A DNA stretch of 64,000 bases. Origin: Eledone cirrhosa. Lineage: Eukaryota. Position 1 is the first letter of the stretch. Each line of letters opens with the position of its first letter. The stretch lies in the NCBI GenBank assembly GCA_964016885.1, contig OZ024747.1:25420001-25484000 (forward strand), given 5' to 3'. The notes under the pieces are model-generated. The model saw nothing but the letters and a program-made list of their open reading frames with translations. It did not search any database and was not told where the DNA came from. A program made the translations under genes and the position numbers. Positions 1 through 13,904 of the stretch are shown here, one piece after another.

Positions 1-107
1 AGATATATGTATATATATATATAATTAAACTTTCATTTGGACAACTGGAAAAAAATTTACATATAAGAATTCAGTTATTGATTCTATATCCTCCAAGTGT
101 AGGAAAA

Positions 108-173
<66 letters not shown>

Positions 174-2580
174 TGCATACACACAAACATAATTTTCATT
201 TAGGTTCAGAGACATTTTTGTAAAAAGGTGCTAAGAAGTATGAAAAAGATTAAATACAAAGTGTATTACTGGTTAAGTTACAGTATAAGTATAAATAAAT
301 AGACATATACATACATCTAATCTACTTCAGTATAAATAGACATATACATACATCTAGTCTACTTAAGTATAAGTATCCATTTAGTCAATTTAAGTAAAAA
401 TATACATATACATACAACTAGGCTACTTAAGTATAAATATATATACATAGAGTCTATTTAAGTATAAATATATATATACATACATATGTATATATCTATA
501 TATATATATACACATTTATGATCTCACTTAGGTTCGCAAGCCTTTTTGTAAAATGGTGCCAAGAAGTACAAACATGATTAATCTCACAGCGTATTACTGG
601 TAAAGTTACAGAAGAACCAGAGTGGTTAAATGCACTGTTTTGAATCAGGAAATAAAAGGCAGTGTGCTAGAAACTTCTGTCAAGTCTAATTCATTATTTT
701 TTGGAAATAACCGAGACTGTGGATGGTGTAGTGCTTTGTTTGCTCTCTATTAATGAACCTGTGTTACTTAGAACACCTTGTAGACATTAATGAAAATATA
801 AACAGCTATGTAGAGAGGCCGAGAGCTGTTATATGACCACTGTCCTTGAAGAAATGTTAAGAAGAATCTCATTATCATTTCATCAACCCATGCTAACGTG
901 GAAGATCGACATTAAACGAAGATGATGATGATGATGATGGTGATGATGATTAATTTTTAATAAAACTAACATAAATAATTGAGTTATGAGGAAAGTGGAA
1001 TTGGGAAATGTTGACACCAATGCTGTTCCCAAGGCGAGTAACTTAGCAACTAGATTGAACTGATAACTGAAAACCACATCACAGGCTATTGTTATTGTTA
1101 GACCCCCACCTTGGTTACAACGACAAGTGTTCCAGTTGTTTGATGAATGGAACAGCCTACACATGAAATTAAAATGCAAGTGGCTGAACATTTCTCAGAC
1201 ACATGATCTTCTTGGGAAGATTCACTGTGACATTGTTTGACAAGCCTGCCCCTCTTAGTTACAGGTACAACTCATTTTTTTCCAGATGAATGGAGTGGAG
1301 CAATATGAAATAAAGTGCCTTGTTCAGTATACAACATACCACCAGTAAGCAAATTCACAGCCTTATGATCTTGAGCAAAACACCCCTACCACTAAGCTAT
1401 GCACCTTCACTAAGACTTTAGAGGTGACTTGGACATAACACTGAAAGTTTTCACTAAGTGTTAAGGAGGGCTGGTATAAGAAGTCCTTGCTATTTTCTAT
1501 AGTACATATATCCAAGAGGCAGCAAATTCACAGTCATTAGAATGTGGGATACTGTGTTCGTTTGGTCTCTGAATTCAGATCCCATCAAGGTCAACTTTGC
1601 CGTTCATCCTTTTGAGGTCAATAAAAAATGTACCAGTTCAGTACTGGGGTCAATTTTTTGAGATTGTTGTTTGTTTACATCCAGACTTAACAAGGGCCTA
1701 AATTTTTACAGTGGCTACATCAAAACTTTATATCTTTATATATAAAGTTGGAAGGAGAAGACAGCCTGACAAGGAAGGTAGTGACTCCAAATAAATAAGA
1801 TGGCATGAAAAAGATATAGGCTTGTAAGTCATAGTCATGGCAACCCATCTAGGAGAGCAGATACACTAAATAAAAACTGATAAAGAGTAGAGAGGACCCT
1901 TCAGTCTTACCAGACAATTTCTCTAGGACTAGTGGCATGATAAAATGCATCCAGCCCAGAAAAAACCCCTGCTAAAACCATGAAGAGCATAACCCATGAA
2001 AAAGCTGCTATTTGGTAGGGCAGTTTTCTATATAGTGTGTGTATGTGTGATGGATCTGATTGACAATTGAGTTATTCACACATCAATCTTGATTAAACAA
2101 GTACATCGGTCAAAATCAGTAAAAGAGCATTTATATATATATAACCATCATCATTTTATGTCCATAGTATGGGTTGGACACGTTTGTGTGTGAAGATCAG
2201 CCGTACAGCTTCTATCAACCAGGTTTTGCTCAAAAGAAACTGGCCAGGTTGAGGCTATAATAGAAAGGACTTGCCTAAGGGGCCACATGTTGGGAGTGAA
2301 CTTGAAGCTATGTTGTTGTGAAGCAAATTTATTACCCATGTGACATTTAATAATTGTTTTTAACATAGGCACAAGGCCAGCAATTTTGAGAGAGGGGAAA
2401 AGTCGATTAAATCCAACTTGGAAGGATGAAAAGCAAAGTTGACCTTGGCAGAATTTGAACTCAGAATGTAGAAAGTCAGAACTAAATACTGACTGGAGCA
2501 ATGTGAAATGAAGTATTTTGCTCAAGGACACAACCCACCACTCAGTCAAGGAATCAAACTCATGACATTTGTTAGACTAA

Positions 2581-3318
2581 CATCCCATTTACACTGCCAG
2601 CTATTAACTAACATCCTTTTTATACTGCCAGCTATAGAACAACATGCTATTTACACTGTCAGATATAGAACAACACTATTTACACTGCCAGCTATAGAAC
2701 AATACTATTTACACTGTCAGCTATTAACTAACATCCTATTTACACTGTCAGCTATATAACAACACTATTTACACTGTCAGCTATAGAACAGTACTATTTA
2801 CACTGTCAGCTAGTAACTAACATCCTATTTACACTGTCAGCTATATAACAACACTATTTACACTGTCAGCTATATAACAACACTATTTACACTGTCAGCT
2901 ATAGAACAATACTATTTACACTGTCAGCTATTAACTAACATCCTATTTACACTGTCAGCTATATAACAACACTATTTACACTGTCAGCTATATAACAACA
3001 CTATTTACACTGTCAGCTATAGAACAATACTATTTACACTGTCAACTATTAACTAACATCCTATTTACACTGTCAGCTATATAACAACACTATTTACACT
3101 GTCAGCTATATAACAACACTATTTACACTGTCAGCTATAGAACAATACTATTTACACTGTCAGCTATTAACTAACATCCTATTTACACTGTCAGCTATAA
3201 AACAACACCATTTACACTGTCAGCTATAAAACAACACCATTTACACTGTCAGCTATAGAACAACACCCTATTTACACTGCCAGTTATTAACTAACACCCT
3301 ATTTACACTGTCAGCTAC
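2581..3318. repeat. 29-31-bp minisatellite with 118-bp higher-order repeat
   Basis: Constant TATTTACACTGTCAGCTA plus three variant linkers (TTAACTAACATCC, TATAACAACAC, TAGAACAATAC) in A-B-B-C order. Confidence 0.95.
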
Positions 3319-3584
3319 AACAGCCATATATATAAACAATATCTAGTTCACTTCCATATTGCCTCAGGTGCACAGATATTACATTGAAAATAATTATTAA
3401 CAATAGTTATTCAATTCTTCCTCTTTGTTTATTTAAAAAGGAATCCCTGAAGTATTAACAACTATAAAGCTATCATAAAGCTATCATCTACAAAGGTAAT
3501 ATTACACTGTTAGAGAAAATATCAAAGACATACAGTTATAGTTAGTATTAACTATATGACAAACATACTAATGGCATGCATAAC

Positions 3585-3800
3585 AGTTGCAGTTACTGAA
3601 GGGCTGCACATTGCTGTTCAATAAAGATGCACCTATTGAAAGCCTGCATAAAGCTCCTCCTCAAAAGATGCAGCTACTGAAGATCCCCACATAGTTGTTA
3701 AATGAAGATGCAGTTACAAAAGATCTGCACATAGCTGTTAATTGGAGATGCATCTATTGAAGACTTGCACAGTTCTTCATTCAAGATGCACCACAAAAGA
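3585..3800. repeat. Degenerate ~40-bp minisatellite (5-6 units)
   Basis: Recurring agatgca..ta.tgaaga.ctgcacatag.tgtt. Confidence 0.75.
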
Positions 3801-3879
3801 TAAAAAAAATTCAAATCTAAAACAAAATATTTATTTGAGGTATTAATTAATTTTGTGTGTTAAAAAGGAAGTTGTGTGA

Positions 3880-4110
3880 ATATGAAGACGTGGTGGTGAA
3901 ATAGTCAATCCTCTTGCAAAGATGTGAAAGTGCTGGTGGCGTGACCAAGCCACAGAGACACACAGGTGATGGTGATGGTGTGACACCTCTAAAGAGACAT
4001 GAAGGTGATAGTGGTGGTGTAACCACTTGACAGAGATGTGAAGGTGATGGTGGTGGTGATATGGTCACAGTACAGAAACACAAAGGTGATAGAGGAGGTG
4101 TGAGGTGATC
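3880..4110. repeat. Degenerate ~39-bp minisatellite
   Basis: Recurring aga.atgtgaaggtgatggtggtggtgtgac units. Confidence 0.65.
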
Positions 4111-6282
4111 TAGTGCTAAGGTAAAAAGTGATCAATTCTGAAAAACAGGGTGTAATAATATGATGAGGAAGGTATGTAGGTGGGTAGATAGGTGGGTATG
4201 TGGGTGGGTAGGTACGTAATAATACTGCAAAGATGTGACATAGTAAGTAAATGTGAGATGAGTCATCATCTGATGATAACATGGTGAATCAATGATATGC
4301 TTAGGTAGACATGACACTGAAGAGCTGATGTTAATATTTTCAAGAGGAAGACTGTATACATCAGTGACTGGTGTAGTAGACTCATAATTAAACAGTGTGT
4401 TCCAAACAAAATATTTCTTGTGAGATAAACGATAAGGTAGATCTCTAAAGAAACAGGATGTGAAGAGAAAGAGTGAAGAGAAGCAGAGAGAAATGGAAAC
4501 ACAAGGTTATGTCAATATTTCTATTAGAGTAATGAAATTTCTCTGAAGGAAATAATAGAGAGTATGCCCTCTCTTAGACACATCAAAGGTAGGAGGGAGG
4601 GAAATATATTTAGAGAGATGGAGTAAATAGTGTGTACACTGACTGAGTCCTAGAGACAGTGAAAGTAGGAGTATTTTCCGAGAAATATAATTCTGAAAAG
4701 GACAAGTGTTGCATATATCCCTTAAAGTAAGGTTAAACATGTGTGTAGAGTGGACAGAGCATGCAAGCTCCAAAATGTGAAGGGTTTCTACTCTAAAAAC
4801 CAACATTCCAATGTTCATCATTCAAGTAGCTTTAAAAGGATATATGTAAGATTTATATTACTCGGTCACAATAGCTAATAATAATAATATTTTCAACATA
4901 GATGATATTGATACGAAATGTCCAAACAAAACGTTATCTTAAAGCATAAATCTTTGCAATTAAAATTTTATGAAACAAACTGAAATAAAAACAAATCTTA
5001 AATTGATTCATTATATCAAGTCCACACACACTTTTTATGTGTGTACATGTGTTTGAGTGCGTGTATATATACACACACACACACATATATATATATATAC
5101 ACACACACATACATACATGTATGTGTGTGTAGATATATTAGAATATTAATGAATAATGATAATAATATAGCAATTTACATTATATTGAAAAGAAAGAAAA
5201 ATGTTTAATAAACGACACAAACAAGCAAGACATGATATAATTAGTAAGAAAGACGAATTAGTACAACATGAGCTTCACACTGAGCAGCAGCAGCAGCAGC
5301 AGCAGCAGCCATGTTAGCAAACACTGCTATGTAGTAGAAAATAAATGCTCTTAAATTAGCCAAAAATTTGAGATATCTACGACGATGATGCTATATTATG
5401 CTATAACATTTTATTTTGTGAGGTGCCTTCTTTTTCACATTGAAAACATCATTACAGGGGGGAGCTGAGAGAGAAAATAGGAGTGTGGGCTGGAGCAAAG
5501 GGGGTAGAATCTAGAGGCAACCACAGTTTCCATCATTAACACTTACTGAGTAAATTTCAATGGTATCTTTTAAAATATATTTATTTTACTTAGTATTAGG
5601 TAATATTTAATTTAATTTCTGAATAGCAGGAACCCCAGAGGTCCGAAACTAGTATGATTAGCTATAGATTGAAGCCAAATAGTGGCTAGGTTCAATAATT
5701 CTATCTATTTAGTTGACTGGTAGGCAGGAAATATTTTTTAGAAGGTTTAAATGAAAAAGGGTAGTTACAAAAGAAAAAAAGGCAACACACACTAATTTTG
5801 GGCGCGTGTATATATAAAGAAGCTTCAAATAAAATAAAAGACAAACAAAAACATAATAAGGTGTTAACAAAAAATAGGTAAGGCCATCAAAATAAATACA
5901 TGAGAGATATAAAAACAATGTTTTAGAATAATAAATGTCATGTCTCTTGGGCTGGGTGGGTTGGTGAAATATATTGAGAGTAAAGGAAATCTTATTGGAA
6001 TTTTTCCTTCCCCTTTTAACCCTTCATTACCATATTTCTAATGCCTATGATTTTAATTAATTCTGAAAGTATTTTCAATATTAAACCGATATTTGGAACA
6101 TAACTTAAAGATCCTTACTTATGCTGGAAAGTTTTAAAACAAATAGTTTTATAATGTTTCAGGCAGTTCCAGGGGGTTGAGCATCAAAAGAGATGTTATT
6201 TAATAGAAACTATGGTATAAGCTGAATAATTTCCATTTTTGCAGAATATATTCTATCAAGGATGCAGATGGCATATCATTTA

Positions 6283-6472
6283 ATAATTGTTTCTACTTTA
6301 ACACAAGGCCAGCAATTATCCCAGTGCATTACTGGTGCTTTATTTTATCGACCCCGTAAGGATGAAAGGCAAAGCTAGCCTTGGCGAGATTTGAACTCAG
6401 AACTTAAAGGGCCATAACTCTATGCTGCAAAGCATGTTGTCTGATGCTCTACCAATACTGCCATTCCACCAC
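6283..6472 (-). mobile_element. tRNA-derived SINE (same family as 28410)
   Basis: cacaaggccagcaatt...atcgaccccgtaaggatgaaaggcaaag...atttgaactcag. Confidence 0.8.
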
Positions 6473-7620
6473 CCTCATATGTAATAATGAAGTTCCAAAC
6501 CTCATAATTAATTTAACTCTTTTGTGACCATATTTTTCTTGAAATACACTCTACTGCAATTAATTATTTCATTAATACGATAGTAACTTAACATTGGTTC
6601 TTATATAAATTATGTTGGAAGATTCTAATTTAAACAAGAACCCTTTAAAATGGGTGGTTTTGGTATACAAAGGATTAAAATATCTAGTTCAATGTTGGTA
6701 TGGATTACAGAAATAAATATTTTTTATTTGCTAGTTAACACATTTGATATCAAAATGCCTCTGGTTCTATGGTAAAAAACTGTTTGTTTTAAAATATTGA
6801 TATTTATCTAAAAATCTTCCATCATGGTTTTTTTTATAAGAAACTTTATTAAGTAAATCCTGAAATAATGTCAGAATTTGAACTCACTTCTAAATGTTAT
6901 GAAATAGCTTCTTTATTATACAAACTATATAAGTTAAACACTATATCCATCAAACTAATATATATGTTAGGTTTCATTAAATTATCTGACTATTGAACTT
7001 TGGAAAATATAGTCCCAACACTCGAGAGAAACAGACTCATTTCTCGTGTTTTGAATACTGTGTGTATCCAGTTTACACTGTAGCCTTGCATGAGGTAACT
7101 TAAAGGGTTAGTGCCAGGAAGGACATCTGGCTCTTACATATCAATCCACAGGTTGTGAGTTAAAATTAACTGCAAGCACATGTGTTTCTATGCAGGAAAA
7201 TATATACTAAACCTCCCAATTCACCTATTTGGTAGGGATAGGTAGCAGATCACCTGCAAATGATAGCTGTGAAGGGCTGATGCCTTAACAAGTACAGATT
7301 TCTCTCATCCATATATACTCAAAAGCGCCCCTAGAGAGAGAGAGAGAAAGAGTGGTGCTAGGAAGGGCAGCAGCAGAAATCATGTCAAACAAAGGGCTGA
7401 GTGTATTCTGTAATTGTATCAAGGATATTTCAACCACTCTAGTGCTGGTGTCATGATGAAATGCACCCTGTACATTCTGTAAAATGCTGAAACATATGTA
7501 AACAAGCTATCTGAAACATCAGTAGCTCCAATGAAGTACTGACCTGATTTGACAAATTTTCTAACCCATGCCAGCATGGAAAAATGGATGTTAATTGTGT
7601 GTGTATATATATATATATAT

Positions 7621-7808
7621 ATATTTATTAAAATAACAGATTAAAGTTTAAGCAAAGAATCGCTGCTTTCACCCTTAACGGGATCTTCTGAAACTAACAA
7701 ATTCAATCTGTGAATTCACAGATTGAATTTGTTAGTTTCAGAAGATCCCGTTAAGGGTGAAAGCAGCGATTCTTTGCTTAAACTTTAATCTGTTATTTTA
7801 ATAAATAT
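7621..7808. repeat. 188-bp perfect palindrome (Penelope-like inverted remnant)
   Basis: 94-bp arms with no spacer, centred on GAATTC (7712-7717); flanked by (TA)n; element continues to about 7895 and matches 14821-14870. Confidence 0.95.
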
Positions 7809-7936
7809 TTGCTCTACGGTTCTTATATATTTGATATATATTTATCCTTATCGAGCCCTCTTTGGATTTTAGTCTTCAAATTTATTATTATTACTATATA
7901 TATATATAATAGACATTTAAACTCAGACTAGAATGC

Positions 7937-8152
7937 TTAACCCTTTAGCATTTAAACCACCTGTAACCAGCCAGAATTCGCTCAGCTCTTTCTGTTGAAA
8001 CTGGTTGTAACTAGCCACTCATACTGATGTTAAGTTATTGTTCTCAAAATAAATAATATCAAAATCCCATAGATTCGATATTATGTGAGGTAAAGATTTT
8101 ACCACGGAAATACAATTTCATCATGAGAGTAATGAAAATGCTAAAGGGTTAA
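7937..8152 (+). mobile_element. piggyBac-like TTAA MITE, family B
   Basis: ttaa|ccctttagcattt ... aaatgctaaaggg|ttaa; homologous full copy at 38497-38710 and an inverted copy at about 10219-10435. Confidence 0.8.
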
Positions 8153-9654
8153 TCAGCAGTTTCAAATATGGCCTAAATTTCACATCTGGTCTAAGCTTAT
8201 TATTCACCAATGCATGGGTAGGCCTGTTTACACTGCAAGAAATGTTTTACACATTTGAAAGAGATACCTCACTGTTCAGGAAAGCTAATTTTACCTTCCA
8301 TCTCCTCCAGAGTCATAAGTAATGATGATATCAGAGATTTGAAGTAATCAACTTTCTAAAACACCCACTCCACCCACATTCTACCTGCTTCCACAATTAC
8401 AAACAAAAAACTTAGCTAATCATCATAAAGGTGTTATTTGGTTTATGGAAAGAGATCTTATACAGCTCAACACCCTGCCAACTCTGGATGGTATGTCTTG
8501 CCTCACCCCTCCACTAAATCCTTCCCCACTCCCAGTAGTTACTGATGATAAACATAACAGGAAGTAAAGGAAAAGGTAGGATAATGTTTTGCCATCAACT
8601 TCCTTTACTTTAGCAATTTAGTTATCTTTTTTTCAGCTATTTATCTATTTTATCTATCTATTAATTTTTAATGTCCTGTACCACATGAAACTACATTAGC
8701 AGGATTTTCTTGAAAAGTATAAAACAGCACTATGCCTTTTATCATATTATAACTTGAAGTCTTTACTCTAATACTGCAATTTTTTACAATGACCAGTCTA
8801 CTAGTAAATATACTATAAACATTTGAATTAACAAACCTGTTTTTTGGACATGTTCTGTTAAATCATTGCAGGATGTTAATTGTTAAAAATAAAAAACCAA
8901 TGAACAAAATAAAACCCCATACAGTAGCTAAATTAATACACAGGTAAAAATAAATATCTGAATAATTCTTCTTTAAACCGAATGATTAATTTTTAAAATT
9001 ATTATGTGGCTAATGAATTGAATCATGACACATGTGATCAATGCTGGCTTCAACCATTTTGTGCTCTTTTAAATCATTAGCATTGCTATTCTGCTGGGAT
9101 CTCTCATGTAACTGAAGAATAGGCAATATTCTAACACAAAAGAGAAATGAAGGATTTACAAGGTTATTTTGTTTGTATATCTCAGCTAACTGAAGAATAA
9201 GAAGCATTCCATTTTTTTAACCCAAAAGTCAAATGAGGAATTACAAAGTATAGAGAAGCAGGGAGGGACATTAAAAAAAATAAAATCCAAATTTATTAAA
9301 AGTCAATGAAATAATGGATTTGGAACAGAAAAAAAAAAAAAAGAAATGAAAAAAAAATCTTGTTTCTTTTCTTTACAGAATTAATCGGAAGAGAACCAAG
9401 GATACTATATTATTTTAATAACATTGAACAAGAAGAACAACAATGGTAGAGATAGAAATGTTAGGGAGAAGACATAGTAGAGCAATCTAGTGTTTTCATA
9501 TGATAGTGATATAATTCTTTGTATGAGAGAGGGAGGAGGGAGCAAAAAAGTGAAAAAAGAAAAAAAATAGAAGGAAAAATACCCTGCAAAATAAAAGAAA
9601 ATAAAAATAATTATTTGCATGCATTGGACAACAATTGACTATAATAAGGTGTGT

Positions 9655-9695
<41 letters not shown>

Positions 9696-10218
9696 AATAA
9701 ATAAAATGAAAGGAAAATAATAGAATATAAAAATAAACAAGCAATGCACTTGAAAGAGTGTAATGGGTGGAGGGACTGTGGTGGGAGGGGAGCGCAGCAG
9801 AGGTCTAATAGAAGATGCTTACTTATTGTTATAAATAATGGTTTCTAATTTAGGCACAAGGCTGGCAATATTTACTAGGGATGGAAGAGTTGATTATATC
9901 CATCCCAGTAGGAGTTCATTATATCGACCTTGATTGGTACCTCATTTTATTGATTATGGAAGGACGAAAGGCAAAGTTAACCGTGGCAGGATTTTAACTC
10001 AGAATGCAATGGGTCATAATTGAATGCCACAAAGCAATCTATCTGATGCTCTAATGATTCTGCCAATACACCAGCCTCTTAACATTATAAATGATTTCTT
10101 TCTCGACTAAGCAGGCACAAAACCAGTTTCATAAGGAAAATCAACAAACAGTATTTATTGTCAAACACTTTAGATTACAGTTTATTACTGGTATTAATTC
10201 TATTCAAACTGGAGTCAT

Positions 10219-10435
10219 TTAACCCTTTAGCATTTACATTATTCTATATTTACTATTGTATTTTCACAGTAAAGGCTTTATCTTACATAATCATCTCATG
10301 TAATATCGAATCTACAAGATTTTGATGTTATTTATTTTGAGAACAATACCATAATGTCAGTAAGAGCAGCCAGTAACAGCCAGTTTGAACAGAAAGAAGT
10401 GAGAGAGTTCTGGCCGGATACAGCCAGTTTAAATG
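10219..10435 (-). mobile_element. piggyBac-like TTAA MITE, family B (inverted)
   Basis: Reverse complement of the 7937/38497 copies. Confidence 0.7.
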
Positions 10436-12292
10436 ACAATAATTTGACCCAAGAACTATGTGATGATGTCTGATTAAATACCAAAAATTTAGCTAGCCCA
10501 GTATTATTTACCATTTGTGCCAACTCTACTTCACTTACATCTTTTTAAAGAGTAAGAATCTGTTTATATAAATATAATACGTATCTATAATATCCTTGAT
10601 TTGTTCCTTCCTAGAAAACACTAATGAAAGGTTATAGACAAAATTTGATTCTTACAAGTATGCACCAATGGATACCACACATAGTACTTACTACAAGGTA
10701 GGTCCACTAGTAAAATTTAAGGCATATGCCCATTAAAGATCTGTGTCTAGAACTGTTCAATAATTTAATACAAGTAACAAACTAGCTTTTAGCCTTTTCC
10801 AACTTTACTTAGTCATTATTCCACATATTTCTATTGAAAGACACTACCTATGATTTTCAAATAATTTTGAAAATAAATAGAAAATTTGGAAGGATTTAGT
10901 AATACAACTTTCACTTTATTCAGCTAATGTTTGGAACATAATGAAAGTTCTTACATAAAATTATGATGGAAAGTTTTAAAATAAATATAAACATGTTTTT
11001 ATGTGGGTTAATAGAATTGGTGGTGATAAAAGCAATTGCCAGTAACATCTTCCAGAACAATTTGGATTGATTTTATATCTAGACAACAAATACTAAAATA
11101 TTTATGCCTAAGAAAGAAACCATTATTCATAGTCTAGTTACCATGGTGGGAAAACAGCAGTGCGCTAAATATTGGCTACAATTTAAAGTTTCCACTGGCA
11201 TCAATTTTCAGTGATTACATGGTTTTGGTGGTGTGTGGAGTTAGATGGATAGGAGGTTACTGGTAAGGAAAGGGCATATTCCATGATGCACCTAATACCA
11301 AGATGTTAAGTTGGTGCGTGTATGTGTATATATATGTATACTTATATATATATACATACACACACACACACATGAACATATATTGTATAAATGATAAAAA
11401 AAAATTAAGATGGTGGAACTCATGCATGATGTATGAAAAGGGGTTGGAATCACTCAAACTCTTCAATATCTTCAACTTGTCAATGTGTTTTAAGCATGTC
11501 ATCTGAATGTTGTTTTATATGATAGCCTAATCTAGACTATTTATCAGAGATGATAGCATTGTATCATATTTAATACAGATTTCATAAGATGCTTTATATT
11601 CATTCTATTGAAACTCTAGAAATAGTTCAATCATTCTTTTATAAATACTTTTAAAATAATTAATATTTAACACTGTTTAGACACACATTCAACTATGTGT
11701 GCATATCTATGTGAGTGTGTGTTCATATATATATGTTTAGTATTGGTGTCCACTTAATGCCATAGCAGAGATGAACAGTTTTTATTAAGGTCATGTCAGA
11801 ATCCTGTCGCTCTTGAGTTTCGCCTATGTGTTCACAGTGTCATCTGATGACCTTGTGGACATCGAGACAGAACTCTAGAGTAACAGGATAATGACTTGAC
11901 CATAATAAAATATATATATATATATAAATATATATATTATATATATTATATATATCAAATTAAAAATTGGAGTTAAAGACTCACATTAATCCTTATTATT
12001 TAATGAGCTCAAGGAATAGATTCCAAGCTCTTTATAAATCAGCATATAGAGAGAAGTACACAGAGATATGTGTTCAATCATAGGGGGTCAAAAACCACCA
12101 GAGTGATTAACATATTAACTACAGAAGGAATGGTGAATACAAATCAATTAAAAGAATATATCAAAGTGTACTATCCATCCAATTATAACTATCCCTTATG
12201 ATTGAACACATATCTCTATGTGTACTTTTCTGTATATGCTGATTATATATATATATACACATACATACTGACAAACATGCACATTTATAGAG

Positions 12293-12337
<45 letters not shown>

Positions 12338-13078
12338 TATATCATGTATATGTTAATGCATAAAATGTGTGTTGTCTTGATTGTTTGGGAGCTTTCATTC
12401 TTCTTCTTACTCTCTGAAACTGATAACATTTCTTTAGGAAGTTTACACAATTGAGTTGTGTGCAATGGCTGTCCTTTTAGGTGAGTATTGGTACAGGCCT
12501 ACTATCTCTGATGTTATCTGAGATTTACAGACTGGTGCAGCAACAGGTTTACAATGGTCTACTTTCTCTTTGTCCATTATTAAAGCTGTCCTTGAGAAAG
12601 ACATAACTAAACACACTCCAATAAATCTGAGATAACATGCCTATTTAAGATATTGTTGCAGTTTACAAAGACTAGGAGCAGAAGTAAATAGGAGGAATGC
12701 TGACTTCTGTTAACAAAAATACTTTCTTTCTGTTAGCCTCACTGGTAACTAAAATCAGAATCTACCACTATTCAAAATTAGGAAGTTATCACTGCAGTGA
12801 ATTGACCAGCAGAATATCAAGGATGTTATGCATAATATGAGAAGAATTCTGGAAGTATGTTGCAGACACATAGGAAATCCTTGTGATGTAAGAAAATTAT
12901 GTATTTAGATTTTAAAAAATAAAGTTTTTAATCTAATACTGAAAACTTTTACAATGATCTGTCCACTAGTAAATATACTACAAAACATTTAAATTACCAA
13001 ACCCATTTTTAGATATTTTTGCTAAATCATTGTTAACAAGATTTGTATTTTTGTTGGTGTCAAATATAGTGTAGATTT

Positions 13079-13135
<57 letters not shown>

Positions 13136-13904
13136 ATACTTGTTTGTTGGGAGTAACAGGTAAGATAAAATAAGTGCAACTTGCACTCAGTGGAACTAAG
13201 TAACTATAAAGGTTAATAAGAGTTTTGAGGCTAAATGAAGACAAGCAGAACCAATCTGAGGCCATTTCATCATCATCATCTTACGTCCGCTTTTCCCTGC
13301 TTGCAAGGGTTGGACGGGTCCTATTCAGCACAGCATCTCTCCACTTATCTTAAATAAAAAAAAATCCCCAAACTTGTACCTTTTGTTATATAAAACTACC
13401 GTCAGGATATATATATAATGCATATAAAACTACCTTCAAAGTATATGTATAAGCTGTATTATAAAATATAAATAGTTATATATAGACATGGATTCCACTC
13501 CCAAGCTGTCCCATTTTATAGATGTTGTTTGCAAAGAATACAAATATTCCTAAATTTAAAAAAATTCAAAATCCAAAACACTTTTGATAAAGGATTCTTA
13601 AGTGGGTAAGAGAGGCAATAGGTGTTCCCCACTAATATATCTCAATTTAGACAGTTTGGTTGTATTGTGTACTTGACAGAAAGGAATGAAATCCTTAATT
13701 AGAAGTACTATGAACTTTGGGAGTTTTCTTTGAATGTCTACCTACAGGTTTGTGAGATTCAGACTCTTGGTCCATCATGGAAGGCAGCAGTTCCATATGA
13801 GTACTGATCTGGACTTTTGACAATTTGTCCAACCCTTGTTAGCAGGGGAAGGGGATGTTAAAAGATGGTGATGATGATAATAAGGAACTATTATTTTTAA
13901 CAAG

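Noticed and set aside
883-1191. 102-aa ORF with poly-His
   Set aside because: Spans a (TGA)n retroelement tail and SINE fragments.
2581-3318. CRISPR-like array (constant 18-bp repeat with variable linkers)
   Set aside because: Linkers are 11-13 bp and recur in three types; eukaryotic intron; no cas genes.
13140-13205. Minus-strand 64-nt AG..GT segment with a gtatgt donor
   Set aside because: Phase 2 to 0 does not fit the phase-2 intron, and the peptide has no family resemblance.
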